NCBI GenBank assembly: GCA_035480055.1
Contig: DATIIB010000006.1
Location: forward strand, 9,209-73,208
Source: Candidatus Saccharimonadales bacterium
GTDB lineage: Bacteria; Patescibacteriota; Saccharimonadia; Saccharimonadales; DASZAF01
DNA: 64,000 nt
Direction: 5' to 3'
The notes under the pieces were generated by a model. That model saw only the letters and a program-made list of their open reading frames with translations. It was not told where the DNA came from and did no database searches. A program made the position numbers and the translations under genes. Of this stretch, positions 16,911-25,902 are shown piece after piece. Position 1 is the stretch's first letter. The number at the start of each line of letters is the position of its first letter.

Positions 16911-17522
16911 ATGCAGGTCAGGCATCGGCGAAGGCGCGGTTTATGGCTGGCGAGCATCGCCTGCGCGATAGGCTTGTCGGTAATGGCCTCACTGGTGCCT
17001 ATATCATCCAAAAGCCTTGGCTCTCATTCAAACTTACCGAAGGAGGTTGCCACTCAGCCGCTGCCCGAAACTGTCAATTACGGACTGCCTGTTCGGCTCA
17101 AGATTCCCAAGCTGGCTGTCGACGCCGCTATCACATATGTAGGCCTCACTAAAACCGGTGACATGGCTGCCCCGACTAACATTAGCGATGTGGCGTGGTA
17201 TAAGAATGGTTCACTCCCTGGCAACACGGGGAGCGCGGTGCTGGCAGGACATCTGGACGGCGCCCGAGGTGTACCCGGTGTCTTTGCCAGCTTAAATAAA
17301 CTCCAAAAAGGAGACACTCTGCAAGTCATTGATAGCAAGGGCACGGTAATTTCTTTTACGGTAAGAGAGACGCGCACCTATGGCGAAGATGTGCAGCCAA
17401 AGGAAGTCTTTAATGCAGTGGACACGGCTCGGCTTAACCTTATTACCTGCGCCGGTGCCTGGGATACTACGCACCAACATTATCAAAAACGGCTGGTGAT
17501 ATTTGCGGATAAAACTGGTTAA
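16911..17522 (+). CDS. sortase family transpeptidase (class E/F-like)
   Basis: N-terminal TM anchor; His motif AVLAGHLD, catalytic LNLITCAG (TLxTC), Arg in KRLVIFA. Confidence 0.85.
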   Translation: MQVRHRRRRGLWLASIACAIGLSVMASLVPISSKSLGSHSNLPKEVATQPLPETVNYGLPVRLKIPKLAVDAAITYVGLTKTGDMAAPTNISDVAWYKNGSLPGNTGSAVLAGHLDGARGVPGVFASLNKLQKGDTLQVIDSKGTVISFTVRETRTYGEDVQPKEVFNAVDTARLNLITCAGAWDTTHQHYQKRLVIFADKTG

Positions 17523-17528
17523 CGCCCG

Positions 17529-17750
17529 CTACACCTTCATAAAATGCAGCAAGTAATACACCAAGTATGCGACCCAAAAGATCGCTTTTATAAAAGCGAG
17601 TATTACCAGCTTAAAAGAGCCGGAATGAAAATGGAGAAAGTACACTAGCGTACCGACAAATCCCAAAAACCATACTCCGCCGGCGCCGCCGTGTTGGGTT
17701 GCGTGGTGATGGTGCTTCGCATATCTGTTTTCTGTGGCATCTTTTTTCAT
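17529..17750 (-). CDS. small hypothetical membrane protein (73 aa, His-rich N-terminus)
   Basis: KHHHHATQH followed by two hydrophobic helices. Confidence 0.45.
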   Translation of the reverse strand: MKKDATENRYAKHHHHATQHGGAGGVWFLGFVGTLVYFLHFHSGSFKLVILAFIKAIFWVAYLVYYLLHFMKV

Positions 17751-17811
17751 AAGGATCCTTCTGATCGTTGATCTTGGTTACTTACTTATAGTTTACTCCT
17801 TGTGGAAAGTG

Positions 17812-18669
17812 CTATGCTACTTTGGCTGGCACTAATTCGTGCTTCTTGACTGCATCGATCAGTCTGGTCAGGCCAATTCCTGCGCCCACGCGTGGGATAA
17901 AGTCGAGTGCCAGGAATTCCTGCAATTCTTTCTCGACACGTTCTTTGCCAAACAGGCTAAAGAGCTTTTGTGCATATTTGCCTTCGCTGATGGTGTAAAA
18001 ACTTTTAGTCATTTCGGCGATGTTAGAGCTGCGTTCCGCACTGCCAATGGTTTCGTGACCGTACAGGATGACATCGATTTTGTGAGCATGGTCAGCGCCG
18101 TGTTTTTTCATGTTCCAAAATGGGGAGGTGTAGGTGGGGAAGTCGGTGCAAAAAACCACAGGACCAAAGTCCTTTTGCATCTGGCCTTCATGGGCGTGGG
18201 TGAGCTCTTTGGTTTTGTAGAACTGCTTGAGGTCATCGTACTTTTTATAATGATAGCTGCGGCGATCGTCAAAGCCAAGGTACTCTAGCAGCTCTGTTTC
18301 GAAGGTGCGTAAGTCTTTAATGGTTCCTTTGAGCTCAAATTCAAACATGGGGAAGATCAGCTTGTGACGGCCAGGGACAGGATGCTGCTCGTTGCGGTAA
18401 CTGGTGCTGACGCAAAACACGCCGGGCAGGTGCGGCTTGCTCAGCAGTTCGTACTCCAACCACATTTGGCCGGTTTGCGGCAGCGGCCAGGTCTCGCCCA
18501 TGTAATTGTAGGTAGCCACGGTGTCCGGATCTTCGCAGGCTGCGAGGATGCTCAGCCGGTCTTGAGTGTTCACTTCGCAGAATCCTTTGCTCAGGCAGAA
18601 GCTGCGGAGCTTGTTCACGACCTTACTAAACGCTTCACTGTCTTCGACGCCCCGGTAGTTATGTACCAT
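17812..18669 (-). CDS. stand-alone class II aminoacyl-tRNA-synthetase-like catalytic core (AsnRS/AspRS-related; possible archaeal-type asparagine synthetase A)
   Basis: Class II motif 2 (STSYRNEQHPVPGRHKLIFPMFEFEL) and motif 3 (GAGIGLTRL); no anticodon-binding domain, 285 aa; AAGGGAG SD. Confidence 0.65.
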   Translation of the reverse strand: MVHNYRGVEDSEAFSKVVNKLRSFCLSKGFCEVNTQDRLSILAACEDPDTVATYNYMGETWPLPQTGQMWLEYELLSKPHLPGVFCVSTSYRNEQHPVPGRHKLIFPMFEFELKGTIKDLRTFETELLEYLGFDDRRSYHYKKYDDLKQFYKTKELTHAHEGQMQKDFGPVVFCTDFPTYTSPFWNMKKHGADHAHKIDVILYGHETIGSAERSSNIAEMTKSFYTISEGKYAQKLFSLFGKERVEKELQEFLALDFIPRVGAGIGLTRLIDAVKKHELVPAKVA

Positions 18670-18703
18670 TGTTCACTCCCTTTTACTTTGCTATGCGTCT
18701 GCA

Positions 18704-18729
18704 TAAAAAAACAACCTCGAAGGGTTGTT
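18704..18729 (-). terminator. intrinsic terminator inside the 5' leader of the aaRS-like gene
   Basis: On - strand AACAACC-cttcga-GGTTGTT followed by TTTTTTTAT; 35 nt upstream of the ATG. Confidence 0.6.
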
Positions 18730-18805
18730 GTGAGGACAATAGATATCCTGGGCGGTTCATGCCTGGAGATACCTAAAGTTATGCATTACAATACAATGTA
18801 TCATA

Positions 18806-18847
18806 AGCGGTATGCAACTGCAACCAGCGACCTTGTTGCATACCGCT
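18806..18847 (-). ncRNA. 13-bp perfect hairpin in candidate regulatory leader / small RNA
   Basis: AGCGGTATGCAAC-(16 nt)-GTTGCATACCGCT. Confidence 0.4.
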
Positions 18848-18922
18848 GCGTTGTTGACAGATGGGCAATCATAAACTACCTTAATAGTTAAGATGAGAGG
18901 CAAATAAAAAAGATAGGACCAT

Positions 18923-20617
18923 ATGGCAACCAAAACTCATATCTCCGCCCAGGATAGCGCAGCGGGGTTCAGCAACAAGATGCGCACTGTGGCGCTAGTG
19001 GTGGTGGCGCTGGCGTTTGTGATGGATTTGTTGGATTCGACCATTGTGAACATTGCAATTCCTTCGATTCAAACCAACCTCGGGGCAAGTTACTCAGCGA
19101 TTCAATGGCTTGTGGCGGGTTATGCGCTCGCGTTTGCGCTCTTGCTGGTCACCGGTGGCCGTATGGGCGATGTGTTTGGGTACAAAAAACTCTTTATGAT
19201 TGGTGTCGGTGGATTTACGATCGCTTCGCTTTTTAGCGGGTTGGCGTGGAGTCCAAATGCACTGATCTTTGCCAGGTTGTTACAGGGTTCGATGGCAGCG
19301 CTGATGGTACCGCAAGTGATGTCGCTCATGCAGGTCATGTACAAACCGCAAGAGCGTGGCGCGATCAATGGACTCTTTGGCGCGCTGGGTGGCATGGCAG
19401 CGTCGCTCGGGCCGATTATTGGTGGTGTGCTCATCAAGGCGAATCTTTTTGGCTGGGATTGGCGACCGATCTTTCTGATTAATGTACCAATTGGTCTGTT
19501 TGGTCTATTGGCCGCGGCCAAGTATCTGCCTGATGGCAAATCTTCGCATCCGCTCAAGCTGGATATCAGTGGCACGTTTATTATTATTCTGGCAATGTCG
19601 TTGTTTATCTTCCCGTTGATTCAAGGGCGCGAACTTGGGTGGCCCAAGTGGTCATTGGCAATGATTGTGGCTTCCTTGCCGGTCTTTGCTCTCTTTGCCT
19701 GGTGGCAGAAGCGCAAGGAACGCGTTGGCGAAGCGCCACTGATTCTGCCCGCGCTGTTTAAGAGCCGCTCCTTTGGGACAGGGCTGATGATGAACCTCAT
19801 TTTTGAAGCCGCGATGATTGGCTTCTTCTTGACCTTTGGGTTGCTGTTGCAGATTGGGCTTGGCTACACCCCAATTCATGCCGCGCTGACCGGCCTACCG
19901 GTGGCGTTTGGTATTGCCTTTACCATGGCTACCATGGGCGAAAAGGTTATCCCCAAGTTGGGACGCTACGCCTTTCATATTGGAACGGTGACCATGGCTC
20001 TTGGGCTGGGAATAACTAGTTTGATATTCCATCATTATGTGCTGGACACTCATAGCTGGCAGTTGATTTTTGGCTTGCTGTGCATAGGCATTGGCATGGG
20101 CTTTGTGTTTTCATCGCTCTTTGCGGCCGTACTCAACGGCGTCGATGCCAGTCACGCCGGTTCGGCATCTGGAACCTTAAACGCGGTTCAGCAGATTGGT
20201 GGGGCAATCGGCATTGCGCTGATTGGCTTGATCTTCTTTGGGCAGCTAAGCCATGGCGCAGCAACCAGTTTTTCGGCCGTGGAGCCGCATCTGCGCCAAG
20301 AACTCACCGCTCAGCATATTCCAGACGTGGCGCAAGAGGGAATTATCCAAGGGCTAAAGACGTGCTTTGTGGATCGTTCTAAGGAAAAAGATAGCACTGT
20401 GATTCCCGAAAGCTGCAACCAAACGCAAACCATGTCCGTCAGTTCTACGCTGCAAAATACCCTCACTACCACTGCGCGTCGAGCCAATGCAACCAACTTT
20501 ACAACCGCATTTCGTTGGAGCTCATTGTTTAACGTGAGCTTGTTGGCGGTGACCTTTAGTCTGGCTTTCCTCTTGCCAGCGCGTTTTCGAAGTGAAGCGT
20601 ATAGCGAAGCTGCTTAG
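18923..20617 (+). CDS. MFS transporter, DHA2 (EmrB/QacA, 14-TM) type
   Basis: LDSTIVNIAIPSI, GGRMGDVFGYKK motifs; 14 hydrophobic segments. Confidence 0.85.
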   Translation: MATKTHISAQDSAAGFSNKMRTVALVVVALAFVMDLLDSTIVNIAIPSIQTNLGASYSAIQWLVAGYALAFALLLVTGGRMGDVFGYKKLFMIGVGGFTIASLFSGLAWSPNALIFARLLQGSMAALMVPQVMSLMQVMYKPQERGAINGLFGALGGMAASLGPIIGGVLIKANLFGWDWRPIFLINVPIGLFGLLAAAKYLPDGKSSHPLKLDISGTFIIILAMSLFIFPLIQGRELGWPKWSLAMIVASLPVFALFAWWQKRKERVGEAPLILPALFKSRSFGTGLMMNLIFEAAMIGFFLTFGLLLQIGLGYTPIHAALTGLPVAFGIAFTMATMGEKVIPKLGRYAFHIGTVTMALGLGITSLIFHHYVLDTHSWQLIFGLLCIGIGMGFVFSSLFAAVLNGVDASHAGSASGTLNAVQQIGGAIGIALIGLIFFGQLSHGAATSFSAVEPHLRQELTAQHIPDVAQEGIIQGLKTCFVDRSKEKDSTVIPESCNQTQTMSVSSTLQNTLTTTARRANATNFTTAFRWSSLFNVSLLAVTFSLAFLLPARFRSEAYSEAA

Positions 20618-21543
20618 CTTGCTTTAATCTCGATCACAATTTTGCCACTTACCGAGTGAGATTCACGAGCCGCAAAAGCTTCCCGAATGTCCTCGAGCGG
20701 AAACACTTTGCCAATGCGCGCAGTGACCACGCCATCTTCTATGAGCGGTCGAAGTTGATCGAGTTGATCGGCAGTTACATCGGTCATTTGCCGGACAACG
20801 GTCACTCCTAGCGCTTTTGCTTTATCTTCATCAGGTTGGGCGATCATGGTAACCGCGATGCCACCTTTTTTGAGAATGCCAAAGCTCTTGGTAAAGTCGT
20901 CGCCACCCACGGTGTCAAACACTGCGTCGAAGTCGTGCAGTTGTTCGGCAAAGTCCTTGGCTTTATAGTCAATCACTTCATCAGCGCCAAGCTGCGTTGC
21001 AAGCTGTAGACCTTCGCCAGTTGCGGTGGTCGCGACATATGCCCCAATGTGCTTGGCGATCTGAATTGCAATACTACCGATGCCACCAGTCCCCCCGTGA
21101 ATGAATACTTTTTGATTCGCCTGCAACTTGATATGCTCAGTAATACCTTGCAGGGCGCTCGCGCCGACCAAAGGCAGGGCAGCTGCTTCCTGCAGCGACA
21201 GGTTGGACGGAGCTTTGGCGATTTGGCTGGCGACAGACGCAACATATTCGGCAAAAGCGCCGCTGTTACCGGCAATGGCGTAGGCTTGGCCGTAGACGTG
21301 ATCACCAGTGGTGAGCGTGGTGACATCGCTGCCAACTTCAATCACGACTCCCGCAACATCGCCACCCAAAGTCATGGGCAATGGACCTGGAACATATCCT
21401 TCACGGAGCGCGGTATCAAAGGGGTTGAGGCTGGACGCCGTCATCTCCACCAACACTTGATCTTCGCGTACGCTAGGCCTACTGACTTCCACGATTTCGA
21501 CAACCGATGCGTCGCCGTATTTCTTGATTTGTGCTGCTTTCAT
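20614..21543 (-). CDS. NADPH:quinone oxidoreductase / zeta-crystallin-type medium-chain dehydrogenase
   Basis: MKAAQIKKYGD..., Rossmann VFIHGGTGGIGSIAIQIAK, no catalytic Zn ligands. Confidence 0.8.
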   Translation of the reverse strand: MKAAQIKKYGDASVVEIVEVSRPSVREDQVLVEMTASSLNPFDTALREGYVPGPLPMTLGGDVAGVVIEVGSDVTTLTTGDHVYGQAYAIAGNSGAFAEYVASVASQIAKAPSNLSLQEAAALPLVGASALQGITEHIKLQANQKVFIHGGTGGIGSIAIQIAKHIGAYVATTATGEGLQLATQLGADEVIDYKAKDFAEQLHDFDAVFDTVGGDDFTKSFGILKKGGIAVTMIAQPDEDKAKALGVTVVRQMTDVTADQLDQLRPLIEDGVVTARIGKVFPLEDIREAFAARESHSVSGKIVIEIKAS

Positions 21544-21616
21544 AGTTTCTCCCTCATAGAATAATGTCTCCTCTTATTCTAGGGCAGTTTGGCATTTCGC
21601 GCGAGCAGCGTACTTC

Positions 21617-22111
21617 TTAAAGAGCTGGCTTGAGTGATTCGCGCGTTGCTGCGGACTTCTTGAACAGACGATTCTTCAACCACACCGCTGCGAGACAACT
21701 AAGACCGGCAAAGCATATGCTGCCAACTACATCACTCAAATGGTGCACACCAGCAGCCATACGTGCGCTGCCGATCAGCACGGCGACGAATAGCAAAGAC
21801 GCGCCAAGTTTTCTGGAATAAGAGAAGGCCACAAAAGCCAAAAACGCACTCAGCAACGTATGGTCAGAAGGGAAGCCATTATCGGTGCCATGCGCGATGA
21901 GTGGCGTAAAGTGCCCAACCACAAATGGCCGAGGGTTGTGGTAGAAGTGGCTTCCAACCAGCGCCAGCAGCAAACTCAATCCGCCACCGACAACAAGTAC
22001 AAATAAAAGCTCAAGACGAGCCTGGCGTTTTTGAGTAATCGCCACATACCCAATGCCACCTATTGGAATCACGATAAAATAAGTGGCAATACTTCGAATT
22101 ACTGTATCCAT
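21617..22111 (-). CDS. PAP2 family phosphatase (undecaprenyl-diphosphatase-like)
   Basis: PAP2 motifs KxxxxxxRP-like PRPF, FPSDHT, SRMAAGVHHLSD. Confidence 0.8.
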   Translation of the reverse strand: MDTVIRSIATYFIVIPIGGIGYVAITQKRQARLELLFVLVVGGGLSLLLALVGSHFYHNPRPFVVGHFTPLIAHGTDNGFPSDHTLLSAFLAFVAFSYSRKLGASLLFVAVLIGSARMAAGVHHLSDVVGSICFAGLSCLAAVWLKNRLFKKSAATRESLKPAL

Positions 22112-22150
22112 ATCCGCCTAAGTATAAAGCACAAACGACCGCGGCGGTAG

Positions 22151-23023
22151 CTATTTCTTATCGATTTGCAAACAGGAATAGTTATAGTCAAACGTACCTG
22201 CCACAAACTGCACCATCAAAACCTTACCGCCGGCGGTGAGCGAAGGTGATGCGCAGCGCTCGCGGGCATCTTCGGCATTATTAGCGCCAGCCAACCAGCT
22301 ATCCAGATGCGTGAGGTTGCTCGTGGTCGGGATGTCGCCCGTAATTTTGTGCCATTGATAACTGGTAGAGTAGACGCCAACTTGCAGATGCATGTCTTGG
22401 CGGAGTAGCGCGAGTACTCCTTCCAACGAAGCCCGATTACGCGCCAAGCCGTCAGGTGAGTCAAACTGCCAGGAGTTTTTGGTTTCGACATCCAGCCACC
22501 AGAGATAATTATGCGGGTCAGGGGACACATGCGCGCTTTTGGCAGCTGCTGGCAGAAACGCGCGGGTTGCTTTGGTGGCCTGATTCCACCCATATTGCCA
22601 GCCGCAAGCTAGCGAATTATTACCGTGGCATTGACCGTAAGGATTAGCCGACCAACGACCGAACGGATCTTTATTATCATGCGGCCAGGTTGGCGCTGGC
22701 TGATCGCCTGGATTCCCGGTGTTCAGGTAAAGCTGCACCCGCGGTTGCCCAAGGCTAATGTCAGAAGATTTGGCCGCCCACGCGAGTTGCTTTTTAAGAC
22801 AGGGGTTAGCGCTGGAGGCGATTCCGCCATTTACTCCCACGATTCCAAAGGCTTGACCAGCGGGAAGCGCGCCATTGCACTGGGGATAAGAAATATCATT
22901 TCCTAAGGTGCTGTGCGGAGTTGGTTTGTTGGTGAGAGCGGCCAAGCCGACCAGTACCATGATTACTCCCACGGCAATACCAGGTACGAGATAGCTATTA
23001 CGACGGAACCGAAACTTTTTCAT
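22151..23023 (-). CDS. membrane-anchored secreted protein, tentative glycoside-hydrolase-like (GH25/Rv2525c-like) domain
   Basis: Start at MKKFRFRR + TM anchor; GNDISYPQC...FGIVGVNGG...NPCLKKQLAWA resembles GxDxSxxQ TIM-barrel muramidase-like families (from memory). Confidence 0.4.
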   Translation of the reverse strand: MKKFRFRRNSYLVPGIAVGVIMVLVGLAALTNKPTPHSTLGNDISYPQCNGALPAGQAFGIVGVNGGIASSANPCLKKQLAWAAKSSDISLGQPRVQLYLNTGNPGDQPAPTWPHDNKDPFGRWSANPYGQCHGNNSLACGWQYGWNQATKATRAFLPAAAKSAHVSPDPHNYLWWLDVETKNSWQFDSPDGLARNRASLEGVLALLRQDMHLQVGVYSTSYQWHKITGDIPTTSNLTHLDSWLAGANNAEDARERCASPSLTAGGKVLMVQFVAGTFDYNYSCLQIDKK

Positions 23024-23069
23024 GCATCTTTTAGCATAGCATTCCCAGGCTATGAATCCAGATGGTGAG

Positions 23070-24233
23070 TTATCGCTTCTTTTTGGTCGGCCGAGGTCGC
23101 TTAAAAGGCAATCGTAGTTTGCCAGTGCGCACGGCAATGCCAAGCGCGATGACAAGGCCAACAAGAAATACTGTCACGGCGACGATCCATGGTTTGTAGC
23201 TTCGGTGATGTGTGACACTGGCGGCTTGAGCTTTCAGCTGAGCAGTTGTTTTGGCAGTCGTCTTGGCTTCCTCGGTGAGTGGCTTCACGAGGATACCGGC
23301 TTGGCCATCAGCAAATCCTACCAGCTGCACTTGAATATCATTTTTGCCGTCGCCATTTACGTCAAACGCCTTTATTTCGTTAAGGTGCAACGTCACATTG
23401 ATTGGATCTGAAGCAATGGTGATGTCGGCGGCATCTGTGCCAACGGTGTGCACAGTAATACTATGCTGTTCTGTCTTGCCGTTGTAAGAGACATTAAACA
23501 AGGTTTGTTCTTTAGGCTTCAGCCAGGCAACTGCGCCCTTAGTTTTATAGCCGTCCATATCGTTGAGGAGTTGAGGGGTGCTAGGCACGTCTTGGGGTGG
23601 TGCAGAGGCACTTGGCTTACTACTTGGTCCAGAAGATTTGGGCTGCGGCGTGGGCGCGGGAGTGTCCGAGGTATTTGGGGCATCTTCTGCAGGAGGGGTG
23701 TCGTCTGGTGCGGATTCAGGCAGTCCATCCTGCGTAATAACTGTCGTGAGCGGAATGGTGTGTAGGTTCGAGGAGCTGTCGTAGCACTGCGCACTAAAGG
23801 TGATATTCAAGTGGGCGTTTGAGCCGATACTACCTATAAAAGGTGCGGATGGCCAGTAATGACTATCAATAAACCAGCTTCCGTCGGCGTAGTCGATACG
23901 AATAACCCGTGGGACACCAAGGCCATTGCCAACATCGGTTTGAGCATCGGGAATAGCGGTGACGGAGCGAATTCCTGCCATCCCATAGGGGAGGACTTTA
24001 AATTGGACGCTGGGATCATTCTCATAATAGCGAATCTCCCCTACACTAAAAGTAATACCAAAACCACTTACCCCCTCGGTGCATCCTGGAATATCCTCTT
24101 TGACAGAGGTATTGCTGGCAGCATGGGAATGCTGCATGCCAGTCATTGCTCCGGCAATGGACGCACCAATAATAAGCAGTATCCCCAGGATATGATGCGT
24201 TTTATGGATTAGTTTTTTCTTTTTGGTCTTCAT
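23070..24233 (-). CDS. hypothetical surface protein: signal/TM, beta-rich domains, Pro/Ser/Thr linker, C-terminal TM anchor with basic tail
   Basis: Start at MKTKKKKLIHK..; linker PESAPDDTPPAEDAPNTSDTPAPTPQPKSSGPSSKPSASAPP; C-terminal VAVTVFLVGLVIALGIAV + RTGKLRLPFKRPRPTKKKR. Confidence 0.55.
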   Translation of the reverse strand: MKTKKKKLIHKTHHILGILLIIGASIAGAMTGMQHSHAASNTSVKEDIPGCTEGVSGFGITFSVGEIRYYENDPSVQFKVLPYGMAGIRSVTAIPDAQTDVGNGLGVPRVIRIDYADGSWFIDSHYWPSAPFIGSIGSNAHLNITFSAQCYDSSSNLHTIPLTTVITQDGLPESAPDDTPPAEDAPNTSDTPAPTPQPKSSGPSSKPSASAPPQDVPSTPQLLNDMDGYKTKGAVAWLKPKEQTLFNVSYNGKTEQHSITVHTVGTDAADITIASDPINVTLHLNEIKAFDVNGDGKNDIQVQLVGFADGQAGILVKPLTEEAKTTAKTTAQLKAQAASVTHHRSYKPWIVAVTVFLVGLVIALGIAVRTGKLRLPFKRPRPTKKKR

Positions 24234-24294
24234 TAGAGCCGTGGCTAAGCTTTTCTTCAGTATAAGCGTAAGGGGCACGCGCAACAATAGGGAA

Positions 24295-25902
24295 TTATTC
24301 GGCCATAATGTCGCGTCGGGCAAAAAGCATCAGCCCCAAGATACTGCAGAACATGCTGAGCACTAGCAGCAAAATATTCACTTCCCAACGAGGATCGATA
24401 GCGGGCGCGGCTGCTATGTGGTGCAAAACGGAAGTATCAAGAATCCAATGGTTCAGGTTGAGCACTGAGCCAATCATTTCCATCAGGAACGACCACGCTA
24501 CCACGCCGTAGGCAGCTGCGCTGGTAAAACGAGGGAGCAAACCAAAAGTAAGCGTGCCAATCGCTGTTACCACAATTGCTGGCACCATGGTATTACTGCC
24601 CGCTGAAAGAAGCGTGCCAAAACTCACGCCGGTATGCTGGCTATTGGCCCCAATCCAGGCAAAAGTGCCTGCCAAGAATCCGGCGATGATTATCGAAACA
24701 TAGATCAGCCCGAGCCGTCCCAGTGCCCACTGAGTTCGGTCTACCGGGCGAACCAGCAGATTGTCGACATAGCCCTCGGCTTCATCGTTACGCATGGCGC
24801 TGAGTTGGCTGGCTGCCAGGGCCATTATCAGAGTGATGACCATAAAAAAGACAATCCCCAGAAAGGTCTTTGAACCAATTATCTGTGCCCCAGTGATCCG
24901 TCCAAGCGCCTGGCCGACCGACCCAGCCGTGTTGCTAAAGGCATTACCTGCGCTTTTAGCCACGCTGCCGATCAAGAAAGTCCCAATAGAAATACCAATA
25001 AACCAAGCAAGCACCACTGCGCGTTGTCCGCGGAGTGCAAGCCCGAGAGGTGAATTTAAAAGACGCGTTCTGGCCGGGGCAGTGTCTTTGTCGGCAAAAA
25101 GGCTGTCGCCCAGATCTCGCTTGTTGGCCAAGAAGAGGGCAATCGTACAGAGCGTAGTGATGAAGACGCCAATTGGCACCAGCCACAGCGGATGTGCGCC
25201 GGTTAATGGTTGTACAGATTCGATCCAACCCAAAGGGCTGAGGTCGACCAACCAATGAACGCTCGGGGCAGCATCGCCCATGGCACGTAGCAAAAAGAAG
25301 AGGCCAAACACGCCGGCTGAGACGCTCAGCGTTCGAGCCCGCGTCGGCAATAACTGGCTGGCCAAAAGCCCCACTGCAATAAATTCCATGCCACTCAGCA
25401 GCAGCGCAAACGCCAGCAACAAACAGCTCCCGGCACCAAGCTGCACATTATGAGTCCGGCTGATACTCAGGAGCATGATCGCTGCAATGCTAAACATGCT
25501 AAGGAGCGTTATTCCAATTCCTGCAAGTATCTGTCCAACTGCCCGACGTGGCGTGATCGGTCCGGCCAGCAAAAGTTCCAGACGGCCTTTGTCTTCCTCG
25601 CCACGAAAGAGTTTGGCCGCAAGCATAAAGCCCCAAATTGCGCCAATCAGCGTGATAAGCCCCAAAGCCCGCCACTGTGTAAAGCCACCGATAGTATCAA
25701 TGCGATACGCGTGACCAATCAGCGCTTGCAATCCAGCGTTGGAGCCGAAGGTCGCGGCAAAGGCTTGTCGTCCGGCTTCGGTGGGGTAAGCGGTGACGAA
25801 TCCCCATGCCGAAGAGGCCGCGGCCAGCCCGAACACAAACCCCCATAACAGCGCACTCCGCCGGGTTTGTTTGGCGTAGAAGAAGGCAATGCTAGCGCTC
25901 AT
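24295..25902 (-). CDS. ABC-2 type transporter permease (fused, about 12 TM)
   Basis: Polytopic membrane protein directly downstream of and overlapping ABC ATPase. Confidence 0.7.
   Translation of the reverse strand: MSASIAFFYAKQTRRSALLWGFVFGLAAASSAWGFVTAYPTEAGRQAFAATFGSNAGLQALIGHAYRIDTIGGFTQWRALGLITLIGAIWGFMLAAKLFRGEEDKGRLELLLAGPITPRRAVGQILAGIGITLLSMFSIAAIMLLSISRTHNVQLGAGSCLLLAFALLLSGMEFIAVGLLASQLLPTRARTLSVSAGVFGLFFLLRAMGDAAPSVHWLVDLSPLGWIESVQPLTGAHPLWLVPIGVFITTLCTIALFLANKRDLGDSLFADKDTAPARTRLLNSPLGLALRGQRAVVLAWFIGISIGTFLIGSVAKSAGNAFSNTAGSVGQALGRITGAQIIGSKTFLGIVFFMVITLIMALAASQLSAMRNDEAEGYVDNLLVRPVDRTQWALGRLGLIYVSIIIAGFLAGTFAWIGANSQHTGVSFGTLLSAGSNTMVPAIVVTAIGTLTFGLLPRFTSAAAYGVVAWSFLMEMIGSVLNLNHWILDTSVLHHIAAAPAIDPRWEVNILLLVLSMFCSILGLMLFARRDIMAE

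Noticed and set aside
18700-18900. T-box riboswitch upstream of the aaRS-like gene
   Set aside because: The conserved T-box sequence (..GGUGGNACCGCG..), the AG bulge/GNUGGNA elements and a recognisable specifier loop were not found by eye. It is kept only as a generic candidate attenuator.
23024-23164. N-terminal extensions of track ORFs (22151-23164, 23070-24323, 10101-10205, 28948-29088, 28760-28984, 26743-26871, 46489-46581, 48127-48279, 52013-52075, 60625-60708)
   Set aside because: The extensions overlap the neighbouring gene or a promoter and lack homology-like sequence. Internal Met codons with SD or leaderless -10 signals give proteins that start at the expected signal peptide or conserved motif.
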